Part shown: in pieces, positions 1-10,534 of the stretch
Position numbering within the stretch: the stretch's first letter is position 1
How the letters are laid out: each line of letters begins with the position of its first letter
NCBI GenBank assembly: GCA_902632605.1
Contig: CACPDB010000003.1
Location: 66,342-130,341, forward strand
DNA length: 64,000 nt
From: an uncultured SAR86 cluster bacterium
GTDB lineage: Bacteria > Pseudomonadota > Gammaproteobacteria > Magnimaribacterales > AG-339-G14
Reading direction: 5' to 3'
The notes under the pieces: generated by a model
Database searches by the model: none
What the model saw: the letters and a program-made list of their open reading frames with translations, nothing else
Told to the model about the DNA's origin: nothing
Program-made: the position numbers and the translations under genes

Positions 1-2
1 GT

Positions 3-431
3 GAGGCAGCGGTAGGTTATTCAACTTTATATGGCGATACTGCAGGAGGGTTCTCTGTACTCAGAGATGTTTACAAAACAACCGTATATGATTTGGCCAG
101 ATACAGAAATTCTCTTAGCAAAGCCATTCCTCAAAGAATAATTGATAGAGAACCCAGCGCTGAGCTATCAGAAGATCAGAAAGATAGTGATTCTCTGCCA
201 ACATATGATTTACTTGATCCAATTATTGAAGCATATGTTGAGGACGACAAAACTAAAAAAGAAATTATTGACTCAGGTTTTAACTCAGACGATGTTCAAA
301 AGGTTATAGATTTAATCAATTTCAATGAATACAAAAGAAGGCAAGTACCACTTGGAATAAAGATTTCTGCCAGAAATTTTGGCAAAGACAGAAGATATCC
401 AATTACCAACTTCTGGAAAAACAATATATAG
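3..431 (+). CDS. nadE: NAD+ synthetase, C-terminal part (5' truncated by window edge)
   Basis: Frame open from base 3: EAAVGYSTLYGDTAGG...KTTVYDLA; PSAEL, DSDSLP and NEYKRRQ motifs. Confidence 0.93.
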   Translation, partial: EAAVGYSTLYGDTAGGFSVLRDVYKTTVYDLARYRNSLSKAIPQRIIDREPSAELSEDQKDSDSLPTYDLLDPIIEAYVEDDKTKKEIIDSGFNSDDVQKVIDLINFNEYKRRQVPLGIKISARNFGKDRRYPITNFWKNNI

Positions 432-440
432 ACAATTTTT

Positions 441-479
441 AGCCTAAAAACACAATATTTTGTGTAATTTAGGCTTTTT
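441..479 (+). terminator. Putative intrinsic terminator after nadE
   Basis: AGCCTAAA(441-448)...TTTAGGCT(468-475) with inner CACAA/TTGTG pairing, followed by TTTT. Confidence 0.5.
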
Positions 480-502
480 AAACTATAATTGCGCTTTATG
501 TT

Positions 503-1318
503 ATGAAAAAAGAGCAGGAAAATAACCCGAGGCAATCGGAGTTTAATCTAGCTACGGTCAATGGTGAGCAAATATTACTTCCTCACGACGACCTTTATAT
601 TCCGCCAAACGCTTTAAAAATTTTTCTTGAATCATTTGAAGGTCCTTTGGACCTTCTTCTTTATTTCATTAGAAAACAAAATTTAGACATTCTTGATATC
701 AATGTCGCTGAAATCACAAACCAGTATGTTGAGTACATTGAATTAATGGAAAAATTGCAGTTTGATCTCGCCGGAGAATATCTCCTAATGGCAGCATATT
801 TAACTGAAATAAAGTCCAGAATGATGTTGCCAGTTGAAACGGCTGAAGATGAACTGGAAGACGATCCAAGAGCAGAACTTATTAAAAGACTTCAAGAATA
901 TGAGCGTTTCAAAACAGCATCCATGAAAATTGAGTCCATGCCAAGAATAAACAGAGATTTCTTTCCAGCAAGTACGGCTCTTCCCGAGTTTGAATCTAAA
1001 GAAGCTCTGCCATCATTAGAATTGGAGAAGTTATCAAATATTTTTTATGAGTTATTAGAAAAACAAAAACTTAGAGGCAGTCATATTATTGAGTTTGAAA
1101 AACTTTCTACTAGAGAAAAAATGTCCAATGTCTTAGAACTGCTGGTAAGCGAAAACTTTTTAGAATTTTACAATCTTTACAAGAAGGCCGATGGAAAGCT
1201 TGGCTTGATCGTAACTTTTTTAGCCGTTTTAGAGTTAGTTAAAGACTCTATGATTCAATTAGTTCAATCTGATTCCTTTGGACCAATTCATGTCAAAGCG
1301 AAGGATAAGGTGCATTAG
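503..1318 (+). CDS. scpA: Segregation and condensation protein A (SMC kleisin)
   Basis: FEGPLDLLL, EDDPRAEL and VTFLAVLEL motifs. Confidence 0.95.
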   Translation: MKKEQENNPRQSEFNLATVNGEQILLPHDDLYIPPNALKIFLESFEGPLDLLLYFIRKQNLDILDINVAEITNQYVEYIELMEKLQFDLAGEYLLMAAYLTEIKSRMMLPVETAEDELEDDPRAELIKRLQEYERFKTASMKIESMPRINRDFFPASTALPEFESKEALPSLELEKLSNIFYELLEKQKLRGSHIIEFEKLSTREKMSNVLELLVSENFLEFYNLYKKADGKLGLIVTFLAVLELVKDSMIQLVQSDSFGPIHVKAKDKVH

Positions 1319-1321
1319 AGT

Positions 1322-1897
1322 ATGGATAATTTATCTCTAATCATTGAGGCTTTACTTTTTTCTTCTTCAAGACCTTTGAGCGAAAAAGAAATATTATCTG
1401 CTTTTGACTTAAGAAGTCCTCCGACATCAAGCGAAATAAAGGAAGCTTTGAAATCCATTGAGCAAAAATATTCAGAAAATTCAATTGAATTAGTAAAAGT
1501 TGCGAGTGGCTATCGTCTAAGAATAAGACAGGAGTATTCTTCTTGGGTTGCAAAATTATGGGAAGCTAAACCTCAAAAATATTCTCGAGCGCTCTTAGAA
1601 ACCTTAGCTTTGATAGCCTATAAACAACCTATTACCAGAGGAGAAATTGAAGAGGTAAGAGGGGTTTCTGTTAGCAGTCAAATCATCAGGACACTTCTAG
1701 ATAGATCTTGGATCAAAGTTGTGGGGCATAGAGATGTCCCCGGAAGACCAGCATTATTTTCAACAACAAAAGATTTTTTAGATGATTTAAATCTTTCTAA
1801 ACTTTCAGACTTACCCGAATTACCAGAAATTCAAAATATTCCTGAGGAAGCCCAAATTTCCCTTTTGAACGAACCTTCTCCTAGCAATTCAGAATAG
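1322..1897 (+). CDS. scpB: SMC-Scp complex subunit ScpB
   Basis: LETLALIAYKQPITRGEIEEVRGV, PGRP. Confidence 0.96.
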   Translation: MDNLSLIIEALLFSSSRPLSEKEILSAFDLRSPPTSSEIKEALKSIEQKYSENSIELVKVASGYRLRIRQEYSSWVAKLWEAKPQKYSRALLETLALIAYKQPITRGEIEEVRGVSVSSQIIRTLLDRSWIKVVGHRDVPGRPALFSTTKDFLDDLNLSKLSDLPELPEIQNIPEEAQISLLNEPSPSNSE

Positions 1898-1902
1898 AAG
1901 CG

Positions 1903-2607
1903 TTGTCTAAAGAAAGGATTCAAAAAATATTAGCTCAAAATGGATACTCATCAAGAAGAAAAGTTGAAAGTCTAATCAAAGAAGGCAGGGTATTCATCAA
2001 TGACATACCAGCTAAGTTAGGAGATAAAATTTCTGATGAGGATAAGGTTTATATTGATGGCAAAGTAATAAACATTTCCGAGAGAATTTCACCCGAACTA
2101 TTAATGTATAACAAACCAGTTGGGGAAGAATGCTCACATGCTACATTAAAGAGAAACATATTTGAGAATTTACCTAAACCAAAATCAGGAAAATGGATAT
2201 CCATAGGAAGATTGGATATTAATACTAGCGGACTATTGTTAATCACAAATGATGGAAAATTAGCAAATGACATAATTCATCCATCTAAAGAAATTGAAAG
2301 AGAATACATTGCTAGAGTTCGAGGTAAGCCCTCGGATTCAAACCTCAAAAAATTAATGTCAGGTATTTTAATTGACAAAGAAAAAGTATTTTTTACCGAT
2401 CTTGTAAAGGGTAAGGAAACCTCATCTCATTCTTGGTTTGCTTTGGTCATCATGTCTGGCAAAAATAGATCTGTAAGAAAGTTATGGGACTCAATAGGTC
2501 ATGAGGTATCCAGGCTAAAGAGAGTAAGGCTAGGAAAGCTATTTTTACCAAAAGAGCTTAAGGAAGGAAAATTCAAAAGAATTAGCCCTGATGAAGTATT
2601 AGGTTAA
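1903..2607 (+). CDS. rluB: 23S rRNA pseudouridine synthase (RluB/RsuA family), TTG start
   Basis: N-terminal S4 domain (ERIQKILA...SRR), GRLD catalytic motif, conserved position after scpAB. Confidence 0.85.
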   Translation: MSKERIQKILAQNGYSSRRKVESLIKEGRVFINDIPAKLGDKISDEDKVYIDGKVINISERISPELLMYNKPVGEECSHATLKRNIFENLPKPKSGKWISIGRLDINTSGLLLITNDGKLANDIIHPSKEIEREYIARVRGKPSDSNLKKLMSGILIDKEKVFFTDLVKGKETSSHSWFALVIMSGKNRSVRKLWDSIGHEVSRLKRVRLGKLFLPKELKEGKFKRISPDEVLG

Positions 2608-3257
2608 ATATAGTTTATTAAATCTTCTATTTGATTTATTTGTGTGGTTGGTTTCAAAAGAGAAGCGTCTTTTTTATCTATGTAACCGTATAAAGCAAGT
2701 GCTGAGTCTATTCCAGAGTTATTTGCTGCTTCTATATCTCGCCAATTATCTCCAATGTAAATAGATTGTTCTTTTTTTATTGATGTTTTTGTTAAAGCTG
2801 CATCTAAGCTCGCTGGATCTGGTTTTCTTTTGCCATTTACATCTTCTGGAGAAACCATTGCCATTGCATATTTATGCCATTCAAATTTCTGACAAATTTC
2901 TTCAAAGAACTTTTTTGGCTTATTAGTTACTATCATCCAATCGATCTTATTTTTGGATAATTTATAGAGAAATTCATCGACGCCAGGAAAAGTTTTAGAA
3001 AGAAGATAGTTCTTGTGATATTCAGCTAAAAGATCATTTCTTAATGCTTCAAACTCAGAATGATTTTCATCAATGATGAAGCTATCTTGAATCAATCTTC
3101 CTACACCATCAGAGACTCTATTTCTGACAAAATCGTAAGTAACTGACTCCTTTTTATTTTTCTTTAGTAATGCGTTCAAGCAATTTAAAAACTCCGGTGC
3201 TGTATCTAAAAGAGTGCCATCTAGATCAAATAGGAAACATTTATATTTTTTTTGCAT
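2604..3257 (-). CDS. gph: HAD phosphatase (phosphoglycolate phosphatase/MupP-like)
   Basis: FDLDGTLLD, KPDP and GD..RD motifs; conserved neighbour of ubiG. Confidence 0.8.
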   Translation of the reverse strand: MQKKYKCFLFDLDGTLLDTAPEFLNCLNALLKKNKKESVTYDFVRNRVSDGVGRLIQDSFIIDENHSEFEALRNDLLAEYHKNYLLSKTFPGVDEFLYKLSKNKIDWMIVTNKPKKFFEEICQKFEWHKYAMAMVSPEDVNGKRKPDPASLDAALTKTSIKKEQSIYIGDNWRDIEAANNSGIDSALALYGYIDKKDASLLKPTTQINQIEDLINYI

Positions 3258-3933
3258 GGATCAGATAATTAACATCAACATTTTTACCTAACCAATAATT
3301 TTTAGTCAGAGGGTTATAACTCATACCTGTTAATTCTTTTATTGTAAGGCCATTATTTTCCATCATTTGTATGAGCTCAGATGGCTTTATAAATTTTTCA
3401 TAATCATGAGTTCCTTTAGGTAACAAATTCAAAATATATTCAGCCCCAATAATTGCAAAAAGAAATGACTTTGGATTTCTATTTATAGTTGAAAAGAAAA
3501 TATCACCATTTTTTTTACAAAGATCGGAACATGTTTTCACTAATTGATTAGGATCAGGAACATGTTCAATAGCCTCGAGGCAGGTTACAACATCAAAATG
3601 TTCTTTTTTTTCAGGAAGTAAATTTTCCGCTTCCCCCAAAATATAGTTGATATCAATATTATCTTTTTTTGCATGTTTTTTGGCCGTATGTATCGCAACG
3701 TCTGATATATCAACTCCCGATACATTAGCTCCTTTTACATGAAGGGCTTCAGCCAACAAGCCACCACCACAAGCGACATCTAGAATCTGCTTATTTTCTA
3801 GTTCAGTTCTGTCAGAGATATAATTTGCTCTGAGAGGATTAATTTTATGTAAAGGTGCAAATTTTCCAGATGAATCCCACCATTCCTCAGCTATTTTATT
3901 AAATTTTTCTTTTTCTTTTGGATCTATGTTCAT
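3241..3933 (-). CDS. ubiG: Ubiquinone biosynthesis O-methyltransferase
   Basis: WWD...PLHKINPLR, LDVACGGG, STINR, PKGTHDY. Confidence 0.96.
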   Translation of the reverse strand: MNIDPKEKEKFNKIAEEWWDSSGKFAPLHKINPLRANYISDRTELENKQILDVACGGGLLAEALHVKGANVSGVDISDVAIHTAKKHAKKDNIDINYILGEAENLLPEKKEHFDVVTCLEAIEHVPDPNQLVKTCSDLCKKNGDIFFSTINRNPKSFLFAIIGAEYILNLLPKGTHDYEKFIKPSELIQMMENNGLTIKELTGMSYNPLTKNYWLGKNVDVNYLIHAKKI

Positions 3934-3991
3934 TTTCGTATCATTATGTTTGATTTACACTGCTTTTCAAATTAAAGTCTAAGAATCTTAT

Positions 3992-5119
3992 ATGAATATT
4001 TTTTTCCCAAAAGAACCTGATTTTGAGACCAGAGTTTCTTTAACTTTGGAATCTGCTAAAAAATTCTTGGATAAAGGCTTAAATATTTCAATAGAAAAAT
4101 CTTTCGCTGAGCATCTCGGAAGTAGCGATAAAGAATTTGAAGATCTTGGAGTGAAAACATTAAACCGTGATGAAGGTTTTGCTTCAGCAGAAATAGTTTG
4201 TAGTGTTAGAAATCTTACTAAGGATGAACTGGATAAAGTCAATGAGGGAACCTTGTTGGTAAGTTTTCTTGACCCTTTTAACGAAAAATCTCTTGTTGAA
4301 AAAATAAGAGAAAAAAACATATCTGCTATCAGTATGGAACTTGTTCCCAGAATCACCAGAGCTCAAAAGATGGATGCCTTAAGCTCACAAGCAAATTTAG
4401 CTGGGTACTCTTCAGTCATAATTGCCTCTCAAGAACTTCAGAAAGCATTACCCATGATGATGACTGCTGCAGGTACAATCTCTCCTTCAAAAGTATTTGT
4501 CATCGGTGTTGGAGTCGCTGGACTTCAAGCAATAGCAACGGCGAAAAGATTGGGTGCAAAAGTAGAAGCTTTTGACACTCGACCGGTAGTAGAAGAACAA
4601 GTTAAGTCTTTGGGAGCTCGTTTCGTAAAGATCGATATTGGAGAAACGGGGGAGACTGAACAAGGATATGCAAAAGAATTAACTCCAGAACAAATAGAAA
4701 TGCAAAGAGAAGGTATGAAAAAAGTATGTGCTTCCTCTGACATTGTAATTACTACAGCACAGGTCTTTGGAAGACCAGCTCCCACACTTGTCACAAGTGA
4801 AATGGTTTCTGCTATGAGTCAAGGTTCTGTTATTGTGGATATGGCAGTAGGAACAGGAGGAAATGTTGAAGGGTCTGTTCCAAATGAAACCATTGATTTA
4901 AATGGTGTAAAAATAGTAGGGAATACTAATCTACCTGGTGAACTTCCATATCACTCAAGCCAAGTTTACTCTTCAAATATATTTAATTTGATAGATGAGT
5001 TTTGGAATGAAGAAGAGAAAAAATTGAATCTTGATATTAAAGATGAAATCTTATCAATTTGTCTTGTATCTCATGAAAAAGAATACATAAACGAAACTAT
5101 AAAGGAGATAATGAATTAG
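3992..5119 (+). CDS. pntA: NAD(P) transhydrogenase alpha subunit part 1 (domain I)
   Basis: PRITRAQKMDALSSQANLAGY, GVGVAGLQ, GGNVE. Confidence 0.95.
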   Translation: MNIFFPKEPDFETRVSLTLESAKKFLDKGLNISIEKSFAEHLGSSDKEFEDLGVKTLNRDEGFASAEIVCSVRNLTKDELDKVNEGTLLVSFLDPFNEKSLVEKIREKNISAISMELVPRITRAQKMDALSSQANLAGYSSVIIASQELQKALPMMMTAAGTISPSKVFVIGVGVAGLQAIATAKRLGAKVEAFDTRPVVEEQVKSLGARFVKIDIGETGETEQGYAKELTPEQIEMQREGMKKVCASSDIVITTAQVFGRPAPTLVTSEMVSAMSQGSVIVDMAVGTGGNVEGSVPNETIDLNGVKIVGNTNLPGELPYHSSQVYSSNIFNLIDEFWNEEEKKLNLDIKDEILSICLVSHEKEYINETIKEIMN

Positions 5120-5410
5120 ATGGAGTCCCAAGCTTTATTAGTTTTGCTTTTGTTTGTTCTTGTGCTCTCAATTTTCTTGGGTTTCGAGCTAATCAATAAA
5201 GTGCCTTCAACACTTCACACGCCTTTGATGTCAGGAGCAAATGCGATCTCAGGAATTACTATTGTTGGAGCTCTTTTAGCTTCAGGAGCAGGAGAAGAGG
5301 TTACTACATCAATATTAGTTGGAACTTTTGCAGTTTTCTTTGCCTCTATAAACGTGGTTGGAGGTTATTTAGTAACGAATAGAATGTTAAAAATGTTTAA
5401 GAAAAAATGA
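5120..5410 (+). CDS. pntA: NAD(P) transhydrogenase alpha subunit part 2 (membrane)
   Basis: LHTPLMSGANAISG, NVVGGYLVTNRML. Confidence 0.95.
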   Translation: MESQALLVLLLFVLVLSIFLGFELINKVPSTLHTPLMSGANAISGITIVGALLASGAGEEVTTSILVGTFAVFFASINVVGGYLVTNRMLKMFKKK

Positions 5411-6810
5411 TCGCTTTTTTTCAATCTTCAATTTTCGTAAATCTAGCTTACATATTTGCTTCTATTTTATTTATTTTTGGTTTGAAAATGCTGAGCTCCC
5501 CGGAGACAGCTCAAAGAGGAAATCTTGTTTCTGCTTCAGGAATGTTGATTGCAATCCTAGTTACTCTAGCTCAAAACGAAATTGTTGCCTATGAATATTT
5601 ATTGGTTGCTCTTATTGGTGGTTTGCTTGTTGGAGTAGCGGCTGCTTCTCTCGTCAAAATGACTTCGATGCCGGAATTAGTGGCTTTATTTAATGGTTTT
5701 GGAGGAATTGCAAGCTTGCTAGTTGGTGTTGCTGAATTCATTAATCCATCAAGCTCAACTCTTATTCAGATTATCGCAATTTCCTTTACTGTTTTAATTG
5801 GCGGAATAACTTTTTCAGGAAGTCTTGTAGCTTTTGGAAAATTATCCGAAATTATTTCTGGTAAGCCACTTATCCTATTTGGTCAAAGATTTGTTTTATC
5901 GGCTTTATTACTAATTGCATTGCTATTAGCTCTTGAATTAATCATATCAACGGGCCTATTAAATATTTCTTCTCAAACTATTCTCTTTATTCTAATTGGC
6001 GTGACTCTGATATTGGGTGTGCTTTTAACTGCTCCAATAGGTGGAGCAGACATGCCAGTGGTCATCGCCTTGTTAAATAGTTACTCCGGTCTTGCAGCTT
6101 CTTCAGCAGGTTTCGTAATTAATAACAACGTGCTTATAGTTGCTGGTGCTTTGGTTGGAGCAAGTGGACTTATTCTTACAAATATCATGTGTAAGGCAAT
6201 GAATAGGTCATTATCAAATGTTCTGTTTGGCGGCTTTGGAGCAGCTACTTCTTCCTCAGAAGGTGGCGGACAGATTCAAGGAGAGGTTAAACCAATTACA
6301 GCCGAGGATGCTTATCTTATTTTAGAAGCTGCAAATTCTGTTTTAGTGGTTCCTGGTTATGGAATGGCTGTGTCTCAAGCGCAACATGTTGTCAGGGAAT
6401 TAGGTGAACTATTGGAAGATAATGGCTGTGAGGTCAAATACGCTATTCATCCTGTGGCTGGCAGAATGCCCGGACATATGAATGTTCTTCTCGCAGAGGC
6501 TAATGTTTCTTATGATGTTTTAGCTGAACCAGATGATGTTAACCCTTTAATGGATACCGTTGATGTATGCATTGTCATAGGGGCAAATGATGTTGTAAAT
6601 CCTGATGCAAGAGAAAACGAAGGAAGTCCTATATACGGTATGCCGGTTATTGAAGTTGATAGAGCAAAGACGGTATTTATTTTGAAAAGAAGTATGGCTG
6701 CAGGGTTTGCAGGCATAGATAATCCGCTTTTCCTCAAAGAAAATTCAAGAATGTTGTTTGGCGATGCTAAAGAATCCATTTCAACTTTAGTCTCTGAATT
6801 TAAGACTTAA
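5407..6810 (+). CDS. pntB: NAD(P) transhydrogenase beta subunit
   Basis: IGGADMPVV, PGYGMAV, HPVAGRMPGHMNVLLAEA, GANDVVNP. Confidence 0.97.
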   Translation: MIAFFQSSIFVNLAYIFASILFIFGLKMLSSPETAQRGNLVSASGMLIAILVTLAQNEIVAYEYLLVALIGGLLVGVAAASLVKMTSMPELVALFNGFGGIASLLVGVAEFINPSSSTLIQIIAISFTVLIGGITFSGSLVAFGKLSEIISGKPLILFGQRFVLSALLLIALLLALELIISTGLLNISSQTILFILIGVTLILGVLLTAPIGGADMPVVIALLNSYSGLAASSAGFVINNNVLIVAGALVGASGLILTNIMCKAMNRSLSNVLFGGFGAATSSSEGGGQIQGEVKPITAEDAYLILEAANSVLVVPGYGMAVSQAQHVVRELGELLEDNGCEVKYAIHPVAGRMPGHMNVLLAEANVSYDVLAEPDDVNPLMDTVDVCIVIGANDVVNPDARENEGSPIYGMPVIEVDRAKTVFILKRSMAAGFAGIDNPLFLKENSRMLFGDAKESISTLVSEFKT

Positions 6811-6844
6811 AGCCCTATTTTTAAGAGCTAAAATATCCATAAAA

Positions 6845-6853
6845 TGTTAAAAT
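6845..6853 (+). promoter_or_regulatory. Possible extended -10 promoter for the gyrA operon
   Basis: TGtTAAAAT in the pntB-gyrA gap; the same 9-mer occurs at 17497-17505 before lapA. Confidence 0.35.
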
Positions 6854-6917
6854 AATGGCATTAAATGAGCCACTATTTTTACTATAAATTTCATTAGTTT
6901 TTCATTAATTTTTCTCT

Positions 6918-9440
6918 ATGGATGACATAACAGAAGATGTAATTCCCGTTAATATAACGGACGAATTAAAGAGTTCCTATATGGATTACGCAATGAGTGT
7001 AATTGTAGGAAGAGCTTTGCCTGACGCAAGGGATGGTTTAAAACCTGTTCACAGAAGAACTCTTTACGCCATGTTCAGACTTAATAACGAATGGAATAGA
7101 CCTCATTTGAAATCTGCAAGAATTGTTGGTGAGGTGATGGGTAAATATCACCCTCATGGAGATTCAGCAATCTATCAAACAGTAGTCAGAATGGCTCAAG
7201 AATTTAGCCTACGCTATCCTCTTGTCGACGGCCAAGGAAATTTTGGTTCTATGGACGGCGATGGTGCTGCAGCCATGAGATATACCGAAGCTCGGATGGC
7301 AAAAATTAGTAATGCTCTTCTGAACGATATAAATAAAGAAACAGTCGATTATGTTGAAAATTACGACGGTACAGAGCTTATTCCAGAAGTACTTCCTGCA
7401 TCATATCCCAACTTATTGGTTAATGGATCTTCTGGTATAGCTGTTGGATTAGCCACCAATATTCTTCCCCATAATTTGAGTGAAACAATTGATGGAGCTT
7501 TGGCAATTTTAAAAAACCCAGAAATATCCATTGATGAATTGGTAACTATAATTCCTGGACCTGACTTTCCTACAGGAGGAATTATAAATGGAAAGGCGGG
7601 TGCTATTGAAGCTGCAAAGACTGGAAGAGGAAAAGTTGTTCTAAGAGCCAAAGTAGAAATTGAAAATGAGAAAAATGAAAAAAGTAGATTAATCATTTCT
7701 GAAATTCCCTATCAGGTAAATAAGGCCAACTTGGTAGAAAAAATCGCAGACCTTTCAAAAGACAAAAAAATTGACGGCATATCTGAAATTCGAGATGAAT
7801 CAGATAGGGAAGGGGTCAGAATAGTTGTAGATCTCAAAGCCGGTCAAAATCCTGAAGTAATTTTGAATAATTTGTATGCTCAGTCGCAGCTAGAAACCTC
7901 TTTTGGCATTAATAATGTTGCTATCGTTGACCGAGTTCCTAAAGTTTTAAATTTAAAAGAGCTTCTTGATATCTTCTTAAGTCACAGACGGTCTGTTGTT
8001 TCAAGAAGAACAGCTTTTGACTTAGCAAAGTCAAAAGATAGAGGTCACATTTTAGAAGGTTTAACAATTGCCCTTTCAAACATTGATCCAATAATTGATT
8101 TAATAAAAAAATCCAAAGATCCCACTGAAGCTAAACGCAAACTACTAGCTAAAAAATGGAAATCCACTTTGATAAACAATTTATTAAAAAAAGCAGGTTC
8201 AATAGATACTCGTCCTGAGGATGTGTTCGAAGAATTTGGTCTTGCAGGTTCCAGCTACAAACTTTCTTCAAAACAAGCTCAAGCTATTCTAGATTTAAGG
8301 CTACAAAGACTTACAGGTTTAGAGCAAGATAATTTAATTAAAGAGTATGAAGAGGTTCTTCAAGACATAGCTGCCTTAAATGAAATTCTTGAAAATCCTG
8401 AAAGATTGCAGGAAGTAATTGAAGAAGAACTAATATCCGTTAAGGAAGAATTTGGTGATGAAAGAAAAACTCCTATTGAAGATAAATTAGATCTTTCCAC
8501 CGAAGATTTGATCAAACCTGAAGATATGGTAGTTACCATTTCGAATATGGGTTACGCAAAAACTCAACCGCTTGAGGTATATCAATCTCAAAGAAGAGGT
8601 GGAATGGGTAAAACAGCGGCATCAGTAAAAGATGAAGATTTTGTCGAACAATTAATAGTTGCCAATACTCATAGAACTCTTTTATGTTTTTCGAACCTTG
8701 GAAAAGTTTATTGGCTTAAAGTTTATGAAATTCCTCAAGCCTCCAGAACAGCAAAAGGAAGACCGCTTGTAAATTTAATTGATTTGGATGAATCGGAAAG
8801 AGTTACCAGCCTTTTAGATGTAGAGTCTTTTGAAGGGGAAGCTTATGTATTCATGGCTACCCAAAATGGGATAGTTAAAAAAACACCACTATCGGAATTT
8901 AAGAAACCTAGAAAGACTGGCAAACGAGCAATAAAACTTGACGAAAATGATGAGCTTGTCGGTACTCTTTTAACAGATGGCAGCGCCGATTTAATGGTTG
9001 TTTCTAATGCAGGAAAAGCAGTATTTTTCAATGAGGTAGATGCCAGATCTATGGGAAGAGATACTCGAGGAGTTAAGGGCATTACTCTTGATGGTGATCA
9101 AAAAGTAATCTCTTTATTAAAACCTTCTAAAGAATCTGAGATATTAACCGTTTCAGAAAATGGATATGGGAAAAGATCAAAAGTTAATGATTTTAGAAAA
9201 ACCAAAAGAGGAGCTAAAGGCGTTATAGCCATGCAGACTTCTGATAGAAATGGAGGCTTAATTTCTGCAAAGGAAGTAAGCGAAATGGATGAAGTTATTC
9301 TTATTACTAACAAGGGAATGCTTGTAAGAACCAAAGTATCAGAAATTAGTTTGATTGGTAGAAATACTCAAGGGGTTAGAGTGATCAAGCTCAAAGAGGA
9401 TGAGGCTCTTAATGGACTTGCATTAGCTATTGATTCGTAA
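6918..9440 (+). CDS. gyrA: DNA gyrase subunit A
   Basis: [23 protein letters not shown], GyrA-box QRRGGMG, beta-pinwheel repeats. Confidence 0.98.
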   Translation: MDDITEDVIPVNITDELKSSYMDYAMSVIVGRALPDARDGLKPVHRRTLYAMFRLNNEWNRPHLKSARIVGEVMGKYHPHGDSAIYQTVVRMAQEFSLRYPLVDGQGNFGSMDGDGAAAMRYTEARMAKISNALLNDINKETVDYVENYDGTELIPEVLPASYPNLLVNGSSGIAVGLATNILPHNLSETIDGALAILKNPEISIDELVTIIPGPDFPTGGIINGKAGAIEAAKTGRGKVVLRAKVEIENEKNEKSRLIISEIPYQVNKANLVEKIADLSKDKKIDGISEIRDESDREGVRIVVDLKAGQNPEVILNNLYAQSQLETSFGINNVAIVDRVPKVLNLKELLDIFLSHRRSVVSRRTAFDLAKSKDRGHILEGLTIALSNIDPIIDLIKKSKDPTEAKRKLLAKKWKSTLINNLLKKAGSIDTRPEDVFEEFGLAGSSYKLSSKQAQAILDLRLQRLTGLEQDNLIKEYEEVLQDIAALNEILENPERLQEVIEEELISVKEEFGDERKTPIEDKLDLSTEDLIKPEDMVVTISNMGYAKTQPLEVYQSQRRGGMGKTAASVKDEDFVEQLIVANTHRTLLCFSNLGKVYWLKVYEIPQASRTAKGRPLVNLIDLDESERVTSLLDVESFEGEAYVFMATQNGIVKKTPLSEFKKPRKTGKRAIKLDENDELVGTLLTDGSADLMVVSNAGKAVFFNEVDARSMGRDTRGVKGITLDGDQKVISLLKPSKESEILTVSENGYGKRSKVNDFRKTKRGAKGVIAMQTSDRNGGLISAKEVSEMDEVILITNKGMLVRTKVSEISLIGRNTQGVRVIKLKEDEALNGLALAIDS

Positions 9441-9451
9441 ATAATTTAATT

Positions 9452-10534
9452 ATGTCAAGAAATTACAACTTTTGTGCAGGACCTGCAGCACTTCCAAATG
9501 AAGTTTTGGATCAACTAAAAGCTGAAATACCTGATTGGCAAGGAAAAGGTTTATCCGTTATGGAAATGAGCCATAGAAGTAAAGAGTTTGTCGAGATCGC
9601 TGAAACTGCAAAACAGGATTTTATCGATTTAATGGAAATAAATGATGACTACGACGTTCTCTTTATACAGGGAGGTGCTTCTCTTCAATTTTCAATGATT
9701 CCAATGAATTTCTTAGAGAATAATCAAGCTTTATGCAGTTATCTTGATGTTGGGCAGTGGTCTAAGAAAGCAATTAAGGAAGCAAAGAAATTTGGACAGG
9801 TAGAAATTTCTGCATCTTCAGCAGATTTATCTTACAAAAAATACCCAAAACCAGATACTTGGAAAATCCATCCTAATTCTATTTTCACTCATCTTGTATT
9901 GAACGAAACAATCGATGGAGTTTGTCTTAGAAAGCTAGATAATCTTCCAAAGAAAAATCTTATTGCAGATTGCTCTTCTTGTATTCTTTCCGAGCCTCTC
10001 GATGTTACAAAATTCAGTATGCTATATGCGGGGGCTCAAAAAAATATTGGTCCTTCTGGACTGGCCATTATTGTTATAAAAAAAGAACTTCTGAAGGAAA
10101 AAGATAATTTGCCAGCTATGATGCAATATAAGACTTATGCTGATTCTGATTCAATGTATAACACTCCGCCTACATTTGCATGGTACTTATCGGGCATGGT
10201 TTTTAAATGGCTAAAAAAGAATGGAGGTCTTTCGAACCAAAAGAATGTTAATGAGTCAAAAGCTAACAAACTTTACTCTTATATCGACCAAAGCGATTTT
10301 TATAAAAATGATGTTGATAAAGAATCTAGATCTCTAATGAATGTTCCATTTCTTTTGGGAGATGATTCTTTAAACAATAAATTCTTAGAAGAGTCTGAAG
10401 GTAACGGATTATTAAATCTTGCCGGTCACAGATCTGTTGGTGGTATGAGGGCAAGTATTTACAATGGAGTTCCGGAAGAGGGAGTAGATGCTTTAATAGA
10501 TTTTATGAAGGAATTTGAAAAAAATAATGGCTGA
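9452..10534 (+). CDS. serC: Phosphoserine aminotransferase
   Basis: NFCAGPA, EMSHRS, AGAQKNIGP, GHRSVGGMRASIYN. Confidence 0.97.
   Translation: MSRNYNFCAGPAALPNEVLDQLKAEIPDWQGKGLSVMEMSHRSKEFVEIAETAKQDFIDLMEINDDYDVLFIQGGASLQFSMIPMNFLENNQALCSYLDVGQWSKKAIKEAKKFGQVEISASSADLSYKKYPKPDTWKIHPNSIFTHLVLNETIDGVCLRKLDNLPKKNLIADCSSCILSEPLDVTKFSMLYAGAQKNIGPSGLAIIVIKKELLKEKDNLPAMMQYKTYADSDSMYNTPPTFAWYLSGMVFKWLKKNGGLSNQKNVNESKANKLYSYIDQSDFYKNDVDKESRSLMNVPFLLGDDSLNNKFLEESEGNGLLNLAGHRSVGGMRASIYNGVPEEGVDALIDFMKEFEKNNG

Noticed and set aside
5-16. ops-like GCGGTAG
   Set aside because: Imperfect, inside nadE coding sequence and far from the glycan operon
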